64,000 nucleotides of DNA from Chlorokybus atmophyticus (lineage: Eukaryota > Plantae > Mesostigma and Chlorokybus algae), in NCBI GenBank assembly GCA_009103225.1, contig RHPI01003642.1, positions 641,116 through 705,115 of the forward strand. Direction: 5' to 3'. Every line of letters begins with the position of its first letter. Position 1 is the stretch's first letter. The translations under genes and the position numbers were made by a program. Positions 10,650 to 24,789 of the stretch are shown here, one piece after another. The notes beneath the pieces are model-generated. The model did no database searches. It was not told the origin of the DNA and saw nothing but the letters and a program-made list of their open reading frames with translations.

Positions 10650-12557
10650 ATGTTTAGCCGCGAAGGCGGCAACATCTACGGTGTCAAGTACCAGGTGCAT
10701 TGCAGATTCCAATTTGTGCGTTTGCTTGGCATGCCCACTATGTTCACCACATCGTTCTGGTTGCTGCTCATTATCTCAAGTTTACTTCACTTACTGGACA
10801 GGCGAGGTGTCTTGCTGCTCAGCATGCAGAGAAGCGGCTCTGCCGGTTTCTGCTGGGCACACTGAGCTTGCGTGAAGAGAACGAGGTCAGTGAAGGGAAA
10901 GCACCTCTTGATTGGTTTGGCTTAAGTGACATGATGACTCCAGCAATGCCGCATACCAGTGTCCCATGCCAATGTGGACATTGCAAAATCAAACACGGAA
11001 GAAAAGATTATGGTTGCGCAGGTGCATTTGATTGAGGCACGGCAGGATCGCGGTGGCGGTGAGGTGGGTTGCGTGGGTGTGTACCGGCATCCGCGAGGGG
11101 AGGTGTGGCATCTCTCACCGTCCCCGCACGATGCAGACGCTTTGGCCACAGCATACAGCAACGGTCAGACGTGCTGCGTTGCATTCCATGCATGCTCTCA
11201 CTGTCCTTAGCATCGTTGTTGGCATGGTATTGTTGTGGTTCATTGTGGTTTCATGCACAGCTGGCGTGTATAGTGCAACAGTGTGGCGCTTGCCTTCAAG
11301 CACTTCCAGTGACCAGTTGCAGGAGTTGGCGTCGCTAACCGGCCATACTGGCCGCATCCGCACGTGCGTGCCTTTGTGCATGCCTGCCTATGTTTTGTGT
11401 GCATGTCCCGACTCAGCATAGCGAAGCAGCACAAGCTGATGTTGTCACACTGACATGATGCTTGCATCTTGCAGAGTGCTGTGGAACCTGCATGACCGCG
11501 CCAACTTGCTCAGCACCGACAACACTGGCATCAAGCTTTGGGCGTTGGACACTGCACGCAAGAGCGCAGCAGTAAGTACCCTGTTTACTCTCAGTTGATG
11601 AGCATGTCTCAATCTGGTCTCAACCTGATCTCATTGCAAGCCTGTCAGGTGACGTCCAGCTCGCCCGAACAGCAGAAGAGCGACCGTCCTATCTATGCCG
11701 CTGCATGGGACCCGTTTGGGCCGCAGGTGGCAGCTGCTCGCAATGGAAGCGTCACGGTGTGGGACTTGAAAACAATGACAAAGGCATCGTCTATTGACCA
11801 TGCACACTCGGGCATGTCTGTGAGGGATGTCAACTTCAACGCGAGAAGGCAACATCTTTTGGTGCGCGGTACCGGTGATATTTTGGCACTTATCTCACGG
11901 TTTGTTTCTTGTTTGCTTGGTTTGAATGCTTGGTGTTTGCATGTGCAGCTTACATCTGGCGATGACTGCAAAATCAAAGTTTGGGACCTTCGACATACCT
12001 CCGCACCACTCTCGGAGCTGCTTGCACATGCGCATTGGGTGTGCAGAGCGCTGTTCAATCCTGTCCATGACCAGCTGGTGTTGGTACGGGCCAGCCTTGG
12101 CATGCCTTATTGTTTCACAATCACCTGGGGTGTTAATGCTGCGCAGTGTGCACGTGCACTTGCAAGTGTCATCATCTTTGGTTGTGCAGAGCTCCAGCAC
12201 GGATAGCTCAGTGAAGCTTCACGTGGTATCGTCGATGATAGCAGCTTCATCGGCCGCACACGTGGCGAGTCCTGCTACATCCCCAATGTCATCACCTGTG
12301 TCAAGGTGAGTGCAAGTTTCCGGTTGTTTGCAGCATGTCGTGTTGGTGGTATTTATTAAGGGGCTCTGGAATGCAGCCCGCGTGCTGGACGCAAGCCACA
12401 GGATAGACTGGCGCACACATACGACGAGCATGAAGAGAGTGTTTATGGCCTGGCGTGGAGTTCGGCTGATCCATTCATGTTTGCCTCAATGTCGTATGAT
12501 GGCCGTGTTGTGGTCAGCACTGTACCCAACAACGAGAAACACAAGATTGTGTTGTGA
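10650..12557 (+). CDS. EIPR1: WD40 protein EIPR1/TSSC1 (EARP/GARP-interacting; plant DWA2-like), about 9 exons
   Basis: Exons IYGVKYQ|ARCLAA..RFLLGTLSLREENE|VHLIE, VRDVNFN, TSGDDCKIKVWDLR, AHAHWV..FNPVHDQLVL|SSSTDS and YDEHEESVYGLAWSSADPFMFASMSYDGRVVV..KHKIVL*. Confidence 0.92.
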
Positions 12558-13200
12558 TTGGCTTGCATTACTCAATTAGCTCTGAACATGTGCTGCTCAC
12601 TCATGCTTCCATTGTGCTCCATGTACGCGTGTGGCAGAGGACACACTCTTTGCATGGCGCATGATCGACATGAGCATTATATGCAGCAAACTGTAGCCCA
12701 CTTACAGCAGTTGATTGACTGTGGGGAGGGTATGCAAGTCCTCCCTCAGCACGCGCTGCAAGGCGTTGAGAATGCACAATTTGGGCCTGCCCCATGTGTG
12801 TAATTTCAGCTGGCCCTGGGAGTGCGGTATACAGTAAACAAGAGTTGCGTAAAGCAAACTCCAAAGTAGGTAGCATTGCAATATGTGCGCATGTGTACAT
12901 GCTCATTTCAATCAAGTAGTTGTCACACATGCACGCCTTCAGGTGAGTTTGTTGCAAGAAGTTGCAATGCTCATGGTGGCAGCACAAGGTAGGGATACAC
13001 TGGAAGGGTAAACAAGTGTCTGTGCAGCAGCTGCATTACCTTGGCAAAGCACACAGCACAGACCTATATCTAGAGTTTGTGAACTACAGCCTTCACAACA
13101 TACACAAAGACATTGATGCCAGAAGGCAAGGCATCCCACAGCAGGAATGCGTCTTGTTCTGCAGCACAAATGGATTGTATCAAGACCTTGAGCCAGATCC

Positions 13201-15236
13201 TTACTTGTCTCGTCGCGAGCCGCGATCCCGTCGATCACGGTCGCGGTCGCCATCGCGGCGTCGGTCGCTGTCCCGGCGGCTGTGATCTCTGTCCCCGTCT
13301 CGGCGTTGGTGCTCACCGTGACGCGACCTGTCGCGTCGTGGGGGCGTGCGGTCCCTTCGACTGCGACTGCGTTCTGGACTCCTGCTTCGTGGTCTTTTCC
13401 TGCATGCAGAGCACAGCTGAGCATTTGCTTCTCTCAGCGCAGCTCCTCTTAAGCTGCGCTGAAGACAAACTGCCATGATACTGGGTTATGAAGCAACATG
13501 TTGGCACTGGCAGAATACCCGTTTTTCGCAAATCAAGGGCATAATAGTGCGTGAACATGGCTATGTACCATGATCTTAACGAGACATAACGGTGGTGTTG
13601 CGCATAGTGACTTGTGACATTGACCGCAAGCTGACCTGATAGGGCTGAGGCTTCGCGGGCGCCTGCGCTCCTTCTCACCACGACCAGGAGCTTTCGTTCC
13701 TCGGTCCTTCATCTCGTCCGCGGCTCCACTCACACCACCTGCCAGGCGTTTGTTCAGTTCCGCCAGACGCTCTTTGGATTTCTGCGCGGCGGTCTGCTGG
13801 CCCATGGCGGCGCGCGCGACTTGTATCTGCGCGAGGGCCGCCATGGCCGTCATCTGCGTCTGCGCCAGCTGCTGCAGCTGCATCTGCTGCCAGAGCTGGA
13901 GGTTCACGGCCGGGGCGGTGGTGGAGGTCCCTGTCATTGATGATGGGAATGACAGCAGCGGCATGGACATGGGCGCCATGGGCGGTTTCGCCAGCTCGAC
14001 CTTAAGCGCGCGGTCGCCGACGACCATGCCGTTGAGGCTGAGGGCGCTTATGGCCTCCTCGGGCTTGGAGTACACCACCAGCGCCATGTCATTGTTGTCC
14101 CCTGTGATCCGGCAATCGGTTACTGCGCCCGTGAAGCTGAACAACTGCCTGAGCTGATCAAGTTTCACAAGCGGGGATAAGTTGCGTACATGCAACGTCC
14201 TCGTTAGCTCCTCATCTGAGACACCAGAACTACCCATTGAGCCGGGAACACCTGCATTGCCGTCACAGGTCAACACCGTCTGTATAATTTACCACATGAA
14301 ACATTGCCAGAAAAGCATACAACACAACCAAAAGCAAGAATGAAAACAGACAATGCTGCGACTTTAGCAGAGTCCACACCTGGTGCAGCGCCTGCCGAGC
14401 CCGGGGCGCCAAAGAATACAGGGAAAGGGCTACCAGCAATGTGCTCTCCATTGAAAAGAATCTGGACCATGAAGTTCCCGCGCTTGGAAACTGAGTAACT
14501 GAAACTGTAAGTGCCGTTCTTGTTATCCTTTACTGTAGCAACCACCTCTTCCGGTCCTACAACCTGCACCGGTTGCGAGCAATCAGACGAGACAGCACTG
14601 GTAGACTTGACAAGTTCCTGTGCTACAACCCAACAACAAAAGCAAACCCCACATGTTATCAACGACAGAAGACGGAATGATGAAAAGGTAAACGTATATT
14701 GCACTGTTTGAATGCATGTGCACGGGTGGCACAAATAAGTGAACGCAACCAATTTTCAGCAGGTACCTTTGCAACTACAGTGGCACCGCCTGAGATGACC
14801 TTCCTTCCATCCGCATCTCGCGCTTGCACCGCGCCACTAACAATGTCCGTGGCGCCGCCTCCGGTGACACCGGGTCCGGCAGCTGTGCACTTGGCAGCCA
14901 CCGGGGGTCCTGGAGGCTTCCTTGCCAAGCGATCTTCCTCGTCATCGCTGCTGTTCAGCAGCTCAGACTCCTCTTCACTCGACTCCGCCTTGACCTGATG
15001 CGCCCATAATCACCATACCAACAAGCTTGCAAACAGTCATACTGCACTGTGGTCAAGCGTTTTTTGAACACGCTTTGTTATTCTGAAAGTGAACGCATAC
15101 TCGGAGGGAGTTTACAACGCTTGTGCGTGCATTGCAGACTAGAATCAAATTGACTTACATCTGCGAATGTTTTTTCGAAAGCCTCTCGCGCTGCAGCCGC
15201 CTTGGCCTCCTCTTGGTTTGTGCCGACAGTGGTCAT
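13201..15236 (-). CDS. Filamin-repeat + RRM + Arg/Ser-rich protein (plant SR-like splicing-related family); start may extend upstream, 5' UTR exon near 15640-15740
   Basis: AAREAFEKTF, ARKPPGPPVAAKCTAAGPG..RDADGRKV..GG, a filamin exon (VKDNKNGTYSFSYSVSKRGNFMVQILFNGEHIAGSPFPVFF), an RRM (RTLHVRNLSP..LRQLFSFTGAV..ALSLNGMVVGDRALKVE) and an RS/RD tail ending TAA at 13201. Confidence 0.88.
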
Positions 15237-16083
15237 TAACGCAGGCTGTCGCGTTGGCTCTATGCAGCTAGCAGGATGTGGAGGTCAGTACTCAGGTACG
15301 GAGATAGATCACAGCTGGCAGACTATGCACAGCAATGACCTACGCAAACCCTAAACCACTGCCTTCACCACACTCAGATCCATCGTCCATGACCATAACA
15401 ACACTTTCAATCCAACTGAGCCGAGCCACTCAACAGGCCGGCAACTTTCTTACAGTTCTCACAGTGCAAGGCAGAACTACCCCAAACATACGGACAATGA
15501 ACGTCACAAGCTTGAACGATGACTAGCGAAGAGCAAGCTGGGGCAGGTTGACTGTCATTGATATGTGGGAGCTGGTCCTTGTCAGACAAATCCGCAGCCT
15601 GACTGAGGAAGGTCCTTACCGGTGGCAATGCCAGTGCAATCCGCCTCCCGCCACAGCCCGCCGCGCCACCAACGACGATGACGACGGCAACTCCACCGCC
15701 TCCTCCTTGCGCAAAAATACCACGCAAAAATACCTGCGCTAGGCACTGTCAACCTATAGCTGTTGGATCCTAGATAAAATGGCTCAACAAGCGCAAAATA
15801 AACCCCATGCAACACAATATCTTGCCAGTCTCCATGGCAACCTTTGGCAACTAAGTACCCATAACCAAGTGTTATTGATGAGCACATTATCGTATAATGA
15901 CGTTTACAGTGTACCGGTAACAGGTAAGTAATGTGATTAGGTAGATAATCTTGAAACCCTTATGTTACCTACAATGCTGGCAACCGACATTGTAGGTAAC
16001 ATTTAATTTATTTATATATTTTGCAACAGAAACTCACTATTGATTAGATCATTCTTATATAATTGGCAACTATTGATTGCAAA

Positions 16084-16185
16084 TTTCCCAAAAAACAAAT
16101 TGTATCATGTTCAAGTATTGTATTGGTAGGTCGTTTTTCCCAAAAAACAAATCGTATCATGTTCAAATATCATGTTGGTAGGTCA
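16084..16185. repeat. Two-copy 52-bp tandem repeat in an AT-rich island
   Basis: tttcccaaaaaacaaat(t/c)gtatcatgttcaa..ttggtaggtc starts at 16084 and 16136. Confidence 0.85.
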
Positions 16186-17486
16186 TTGACTAGTCAAACC
16201 TATTATATAGTGTTTGCTTATACACATTAATTTTATACAAAACGCATCACGCATTTCAACTTTGCACAAAATTGTCTTTAACGCACAATAGCAACCAACC
16301 TAATCTGATTTGTGGCATCAAAATAAATATTTTTATCTAGGCAGGGTACGTTGAGTCTCTAGAGTAAGCCGCCACTTGAGGTGGCATGTATGTATTCAGA
16401 CGCGAACGAAAATTAGCAAGTTCGTGCTTACGGCCATCGTTGCAGGCATGGTCAAGGACGTTGGCATGCAAGACACAATGGAAGAAAAGCACGAGATTAA
16501 AGACACCTTGTTATACATTGTGTCAGAACTTGCATCCTCTCTCATTTCGTATGCATGTCATGGGTTTGTACAGTACATACATTGACAAGCATATCGGGAC
16601 CTGTGTTAGTAGCTTGCAACATTAATGAGTGCACACAATATACCTTCCCTCGGCGTTCTGTCGTACACACGCGCACAAACGTGCTTGCGCGCACACGCAT
16701 GCACACACAGCGGTTTGCAAATCTCAAGTGGCAATAGTGAAGGTAGGTAGTTAGGTAGCTAGCTGCTGTGACTGCTAAAGCCCGGTAGTTATGATCTGAA
16801 CCTTGTGAATGCTTTGTGCTATGCATGTGTCGTGCATGGCAAAACCCAGCATCGCATTGCTTTATACACACAAACAGCATGCACGGCGTATTCACAAACT
16901 CACTGGCGTTAAACGTCTGTGTGGTTGCCAATAGCGCCCGTAGCGAGGCACTGAGGGAGCGCTGGTGGAGCGCTGGTCCAACACTGCGGTGCCCCCTCCC
17001 CTGACAGGTATCTCCTACTGCTCCTGCCGCTACTCCCATGTCGCTGCTGTTGCATGTCGGTGCATTTGCCCCTTAGCCATGGCCCCTAGTGATATGCGTG
17101 GGGAGGTGGGGGCGGAAGGGTGGGGATTGTTTGTACTTGCTTGCTTGTTTGTATGTTGTGTTGTGCTGTTGCTGCTTAGCATGCGCACAGATATATGCAC
17201 GCATCATGTGTGCATGCGTGCGTGCATATATGATAGCAACACACACGGCGAGACACAGACACATTTGCACAAATAGTCACGTGCGTACACACAATGTGTG
17301 TGACGCACTGGTGCATGCTACATTTGTGTATCAACTATCTACACACAATTCTGCGCATGTGTACATGCACGCACTCGTTACCGCAGCGACGCGGGTAAGG
17401 GGCCCAGGCAATACGCAGTGACTCCATATACATGTTCATGGGTATATCTGTGCACTTGGTAAACAGCAATAGCAAGGATACAATTG

Positions 17487-17526
17487 CAACAACAACAACA
17501 ACAACAACAATAACAACAACAACAAC
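17487..17526 (+). repeat. (AAC)n microsatellite, about 13 units with one AAT interruption
   Basis: Read directly from the sequence. Confidence 0.95.
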
Positions 17527-18999
17527 CCTCCTACCCTTACACTACTACCCAAGGGCCACAGCAATGGGGTAAACGAGCAAAACAAATAACCATGCGACCA
17601 TGTGCAGCAGCAGCGGGAGGGGTGGCAGTGGTTGATGATGATACCTGCAGGGGAGGGAGCACCCACTTGTTAGTCCTGCGCCCCACCGTGGCCCCTAGCA
17701 ACCACAACCACAACCACAGTGACGTTGAATCCTACGGCGCCAGTGTTAGAATTAGTACGGCAGTTCCGAGTTCTTGACTGCCGCGTGAGCAGCTCCAGCG
17801 TCGGTCAGTCAGTGTGTTGACGAACATACACATAGAAGGGGTGTTAAATAAACACCCTGACATTAGTACATTTGCATAGCATGGCACATAGGGTAAGACC
17901 GAAATTGAGGCATAAGCAAGCAAGTACAAGCACATGCACAAGCAGGCAGCACACGCCAACAAGTAATAACCACAACGCACAACTTAACTACGGGGCTGAG
18001 GCTATGTGCAATGTTGGCAGGCAGGCAGGCTGCAGGTTGCCGCTCAAGTACACTTGAGCAGCGGGAGCACACAGGAGCACACGACCACAGTGCATCGCAC
18101 AGCACATTGACCTAGCACATGCAACCACACAGCATGCATCATGTTGTTGCATCATAGGCCAGGTGTATAGCATGTAGGCGGGCACCCGGAGGGTGTGGGT
18201 AGCGCGATGCTAGTGGCAACGGTATTAGAGCACAGTAGCAGAACAGCTGCCCGCACAACTCCAGAGCAATGTTAGCGACGGCTAACACACATGCACTAGC
18301 CCAGGCCCCCCTGAGATTGAGAGTTTGAGAGTGTTGGAATGCATGCATATACGCGCAGGGCACGCCGGGGGTGGACGTCTGGCGGTGAGGCCCAGTCTGT
18401 TGCAGTCAGCGTCGTTCACGTCGTCGTTGTCGGCTCTTGCTGATGCTGCTAAGCCCCGGTCCTCACACCCACGCCTCTGCTGCGCAGGTGGTGGTGATTC
18501 CTACCCTTCCCTGCCTGCCCTGCCCTGCCTTGCGTTACTGTCCAGTGGTCTGGAAGTGTCCTTTGATTATGTAGCACTGCTGTCTGGGCCCCTCTTTATT
18601 GTTTGCTATGCTCTGCTTGCTTGTACCTGGCTGCTGATTGCAGGTGTGTTGCACATTTTTGCATTTTAGCTTTATAAAGTTTTTTGACGGTTGCACGGTG
18701 GTGCATGCCAATCTTTTCGTCATTCTGATGTTACACCGCAACTGCACAGGCGTGACTACGAACAACAAACAGCCTCGTGCTGTCCAGCCAGCTACCTGCG
18801 TATTGGACTTGCATGCCTGCACTCCAAGGGGTCGTGGGCTTGTTCTCCGGCTACCATTGCACACAGCGTTCAACCAGGTGCAGACAGATGGATCAGCCAT
18901 TATTACATAGGTACATACACCTCAATCATACTAGTCCGGCATCTACAATACTCGCAACCAAACTAACAGCACACCAACCCAGGCACCTAACTTATGACA

Positions 19000-21900
19000 C
19001 TACAGCAGTGCAGCCAATGGCTCTGCGGCCGAGATGTCAACCAACTCCTTCACTTCCGCATTGCAAAAAAAACAGCGCTGGTTATTCAGCAGATGGCGTG
19101 AGATGCAACGCCGGCAGGATGTGTGCCCACATGGCTCAAACTTGGTGTCTTCATCATTGGCATAGCAGATGCTGCACAGCTCGCGTGTACGAGTCTCTTT
19201 GCCCTTGCTCGAGGCTGCTGCCTCCTCAGCTGCTTTTGCCGCTCTGCGTACTTGTTCTGTGCGGTCGCGCAGCCTTGCAACAAACGTCTGCAGCTCTCCA
19301 AGAGATGCCTGGATTGTTTGATCTTCAGGAAAGGCCTCAATCTGCGGCAAAGCCCGGTCAAACCAATGCGCATGTACCAAGTAGCAAAGCTGCAATTACG
19401 AAAATTACATACCCAGTTAAAACTGAGCAAATACTCAAAGTTTGCCATCGAGTATGAGGACTCGATGGCAGCAAGCGAATCCAGGATTGAGCGTTTGCCA
19501 GGTTTCTCCCCCGACACCTCAGCAGCTTGCAGGTTCAGGAGGATGCCCGCAATAGGTGCCAGCACGTGTGCTCGATTGATCTTTTCCAACTGCTGCATCT
19601 GTAGCCTCAGAGTGCTGCGGACAATCAACAGCCATGAGCTCGGTGCACACACAGCTTTTTTCAATGCATGGCAATCAGCAGGATGACGCACTGCAACGAT
19701 ATAGACTACAGACCATGTGGTGTCATGACTTTACCTGTCAAAAAGACGGGCATCTGGACCCGACGTGGTGTGGTTGAGGACAAACACCAGAAGCTCGCAC
19801 AAGCGCGTAGCATTCAACTCTGGGCCATCTAGGAAAGCTTGAGGCAGCTCTTTGGTAAAGAACTCCAGTATCCGCTCCAAGTTGACACTTAATTCAAACA
19901 TGATTGTGCATTTGCGCTGCTGTTGTTGTAGGTCTGGAGCCTATAGCAAAACAGTCCAGGTCATCACTCAATAACACATTGTGTGTGGCTCAAAGTGAGC
20001 AGCGCAAGTTAGGTGCACAGGCGACGGCTCCACATGGCAAACATGCTGCATACCTGACGTCGGTGAACAGCATCTTGCATTTCCTTCATTGTGACAGAGA
20101 ATTCGGTAATCGTCCAATTCAACGTGTTGAACAACCGGTTAAGGAACGCAGAGAAGAGTTTATCTTCAGCAGAGCAAGATTGAGACAACAGACGTTGAAA
20201 GACAGCTGATGCACACTCGGCGCCTTTCCGCGATCGCTGCCCAAACCCGCTTCCTTTGCAGAGACGTAGAAAAATGTTTGCAACAGGTATCCAAAAGCGG
20301 GAGTCGAATGACATCATAAGAGAGGGTATCATCGACTTCTGCGCAGCCTCGTTCTTCTCAAAGGCAGTCACATACTCTTTGTACTGCAGCAGCACAGAAA
20401 TCGACTGCCAAGCGAGATGAACATTGTCAGATACCCATGCGCGAGACTAGACAGCTGCGTGGCCGCAAACCTTGACTAACCAACGACTGTACCTGCAGAA
20501 GCACATCACGAATGTCGGGGTTGACAATGCGAGCGTCGTTGAAGTGCGTGACAAGGAATGTCACAATGCTGTCCAGTCCCTGATCCATGGTTGATGTCGG
20601 TTCAAAGGGCGGATCACCGCGGCGGAGGGCATGAAAAGACTCAACAAGCGTCTCAACATAGAATTCTGGGACGTAGCTGAAGAGGCGGTTTCGCTTGCTT
20701 GCCGCAAGTAACAACTGTACAATGAACCCGCAGCAAGCGTACATCCCTTGTTGCTTCCAGCGTCCAAAGAGGGTCACTCGGTACCATGCACACATTCGCA
20801 CGTTCTCAATGACGTCTTCGCGAAAGACAGCTCTGGCTTCTTTGAGATGTCGCACCATGTCACAACCGGGTTCACTGCGCTTGATGCGACGATCTGTGTC
20901 CTCCAACTGCGCAATGGCCTGCAGAGCACAACCGCATCATACCAAGACGTGACAGGTGCAATAACCCAACGACATGTGATAACAGCTCAAAACTCACCTG
21001 CATCTGTTGTTGCAAGTGCCCAGATGCTTGTTTGAAATTGGACGACAGCCCCAACTGGTAAAGCAAGGTCATGCAGTCGAGCAGCTCTGCTTTGCGCAAG
21101 TTTGAAGCTGCATCCAAGACACCACTAGCAGTTGCAGAAACTCCACGAATGTCATCTTCGTTGTTAAGACCCCAGCGCGAGTCATCACTTGATGACGTGC
21201 TTGCAATATTCGCATGACCCTCCACAACGACGTCCTCATAATCAGCAGGCTCTGCTGGTAAAGTCTTGCGCAGGTGGCTCACTGTTCCACCCAAGCGAGC
21301 AACATCGAAGGCCTCCATCGACTGGTCCAAAAATAGCCTCGAAGGAAAATAATGAGGCTCTGAACTTGCGAGATAGGGCGTAAGCACCCTTAGCACAACG
21401 AAGTACAAGGACACCAAGACAGAGTTATCTGACAAGCCCGGCGGCTGCACATTCCGGTTGACGCCCCTATTCTTTGCAAGGATGTGCCGGCAAAACTTCT
21501 GAAAGACTGAGCCTTGTTTATCGCCAGAAACGGATGCTGAACGCTGAGCAACTGGAGTATACGTCATGAGTCTGGAGCATAGCCTGAGTTGTAGCTGCTC
21601 ATTCTTGCCAACAGCTGCAGCCAGCGCTTGACAACTAGCCTTCATTTTGGTTTGCGAGCAGATCTCGTCTGTAGCCTCTGGCCACCATACTGAAGGCAAG
21701 AGTGCAGCCAGATCCTGGGAGTTGGGTTGCTTTCTGGTCAAAAGGCCTTCCAGCAAGACCATAAACTTGGGATGCGAAAGCCAGGTGTCTAGTATAACTT
21801 CTGAACGCATCAGGCTGCATGCCAGCGACAGATAGGGGTATGCCCCACTATGGGGGAAGTCAGCAGCATTGTAGAAGGCGGTGCAACATTTGTGCGCAAG

Positions 21901-24163
21901 CACCTCAAACAACTGTGGCACAATCTGCTGAAGTTCATGGTGTTCCAAACACAGCACCAGCAACTGGACAGCCTTGTCCAACCGGGTCTCATCATGTGGA
22001 TCGGATCGACGGAGCGTGTCCAGCAAAAAGGGCAACAGGTTGGATGACACAATGTAAGGGTTTAGAAGCGGCTGGAGATACTCCAGGATGGCTGCAGCAA
22101 ACAAGACCTGCAGACGCACATGTTTGCTGGTATCTACAGACAAAGTGCGCGCACACAACCAACAAAATTGTAACGTGACCACAAGTGACCTACACAGTCT
22201 GCATGTTCACCTCATCATCAGAAGCAAATGAAGGACCCATTCGTAGCGTCTCCCCAGAGGCAAAGCCATCTTCGTTGCTCTGCACTTGAACAAGCCTTTG
22301 GAAGCAAGTCAACAGGTGATCTGCCTGACTCAACGTCAATGGTGATGGGGGATCCTGAAGCGGTAGGAATCCTTCAACTGGGTAGTCCAAAGGCCTTCCT
22401 CCAAAATTAAGATGACATCGCTCTCCGTGAGACAGACTGACAGCTGGGAAGTAGGCAGCACCCGGCAACAATCCGCGAACCTTATTAAACGCTACACCCA
22501 GTGAAACACCATTCCGGTAAAATGTGATCTCACCAGCTGACAAGTCCAAGCAGCAACCAATGACGTCACCAGGCACCCAGGCTTGGCCATATGGATGGCA
22601 GCTGACGTGCCATTTCTTTACGCGCTTTCCATCGTAAGCGAACGAGTCAGGAGCATCTCCCACTCCCTCTTCATTGGTGAACGGACACCTCAATGTGGCC
22701 CAGCCGAGCTGTTGAATGCCAGCTGTGCCAAGAGTAACCTCAAACATCCATTTGCCCTTGAAGACACAGACATTTGCACGCGCACTGCTAAAGTTGCTTT
22801 GGCTTTCTAGTGTCAGGTCGCCATCCTCAAATTTAATGTCCCCTGATGCCGTTTCTCGCAACATTCGCGCAACCTTTGGACCGAGACGGCCAGTGGCTGA
22901 ATAGCCATTAAGCTGGTCAGGTTGGGGCGCTGTAGTACTGGGTTGTGAAAACTGTTCGGCTGCAGCACCCTCAATACCTGTAACGCCATTCTGACATCAG
23001 AAAAGCAAGTGGAGGCTCTGCTACAAACATACTCCCTCGCACGCGTATTGCTACGTGATGTCCCAATAAGGCCGTACTGCAGTATAGCCAGTACAACACT
23101 AGGGCCTTCATGGGAAATCACAGATGAACGACAGCTTGTGCTCCGGCAATTGCTACGATCAAGGACAACAGACATGGACGAGGACAACATGAGGGATGAC
23201 TGGCATCCATACCGCGTGGCTGACGGACCAACATGCAGCAAGGACACTATGTTGGCAGTGAGGCACTAAAGCATGCAGCATGCAATGCGCAGCAGTGTGT
23301 GCTGATTGCTGTGCATCGCACACACAATCAACAAAGCAACACATAGCAGCTTGTGCGCATAACACGGCAACGTGGACAATCCACCTGCCAACGCCAATCA
23401 CACGCTTGTGCTAGCACGCATCATGGCCAAGTAACCCAGCATGATGGGTATGACAACTTTGGGAAACGTCTAGTGGTGATTATGCCGTTTCTAGAATGTG
23501 AAACCACCTTTGTATACCCTACTGGCTCACATGGTCATGCAAACTACTAGCCGGTTAAGTTCACGAAATACTCCATATGTGCGTAGTGATCAATCAACCC
23601 TACAGATGACGTTTCGGACAACACTGACATGCGCGGTACGCATCTAGCCCACAAGCTGTCACAAGGCCACCTGCAAGCTCTCACTGCTTGCAGACTTGCA
23701 TGTAAACATAGGAGACTCGACAACGACATGACTGTAATCAGTTAATGAACAATCTAGCACACGGCCTGATAAAAGGCAGGATGTAGAATGCGCGGAAGAG
23801 AGGCAAGGCTACTTAGCGTGTGTTACCTTCCATAGGAGTACTTGATTCAGCGGTGTCTGCGTTGTCTATTTGAGCAACCTGGCTACTGCTGGTAGCCTCA
23901 TCTGCTAACGCAGCAAGCCGGGCCTCCAGCGTCGCCTGCACCGCTGCGATATTGACACGACCATCCTCCACAAACTCGCTCTTCTCCACACCGAGAACAT
24001 GGCGGACATGCTTATTGAGCTCCATGGCTGGATCCTTGATCTCCTGCATATGGATGCTGGTGGTGTCGTCCGCAAGCAGCAGGGCCAGCCCGGCGCTGGC
24101 TTTATCCTCCTTGCCCTCAACACCGGCCGACCCGACACGCGCTGGCTCTGCCTCCCTGGGCAT
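19000..24163 (-). CDS. RKP: E3 ubiquitin ligase RKP (KPC1/RNF123 family; SPRY domain + C-terminal RING), multi-exon
   Basis: N-terminal SAGLALLL, SPRY exon (FSSARANVCVFKGKWMFEVTLGTAGIQQLGWAT..GDAPDSFAYDGKRVKKW..YFPAVSLSHGERCHLNFG), central YVPEFYVETLV and FDSRFWIPV, RING CSICYANDEDTKFEPCGHTSCRRCISRHLLNNQRCFFC. Confidence 0.93.
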
Positions 24164-24789
24164 CGTCACCCAACCCCACGGAGCCCTTGCCTGCCGCGCC
24201 GTCGTCGCACCTAGCAATCCAGCTTTACAGTGATCAGGCGCAGATCCTTCTCCACAGTCTCAGGTGCTTGCTGCTTCAACTCCAACTCAACGCACAATTG
24301 CCACAATCACAAACAGCCACCTACACTATGGACCCTCAACCACCTCGCTACTAACTCCAGCTCAATCCAAGACACCCACGGCACAGACCACCTCGCCGCC
24401 GCCTCCACCGCCTTCCAGAAGGCGCCACTCTCTGTGACAAGTACGTCAGCACGCGACTGACACCTTCAACCGGCTAATTTACAAGCGCCAGACGAGTAAC
24501 ACCCAAACGCCGGAGCAGCTAGATAGCCCTCAACGCCGAGCCAGGGACAACGCCTCTCCAACCACACCTCACCGCCACCGCCGTCGCCACCGCCACCGCC
24601 ACCGCCAACACCTATTGACCCCTACTTGCCAACATCCGATATGCTAGCGACGCACGCCTTGTGTGCCAAGTCGGATTGTGATTAATGGCCGCAGTGTTTC
24701 AAGTGACTGAAGTGACTGAAAACTTCTCAGTAGCCGGAGATTCAAACTATGAGCCCTGTCCACTTGGCGGCATCATGTGCGCTGCGGCC

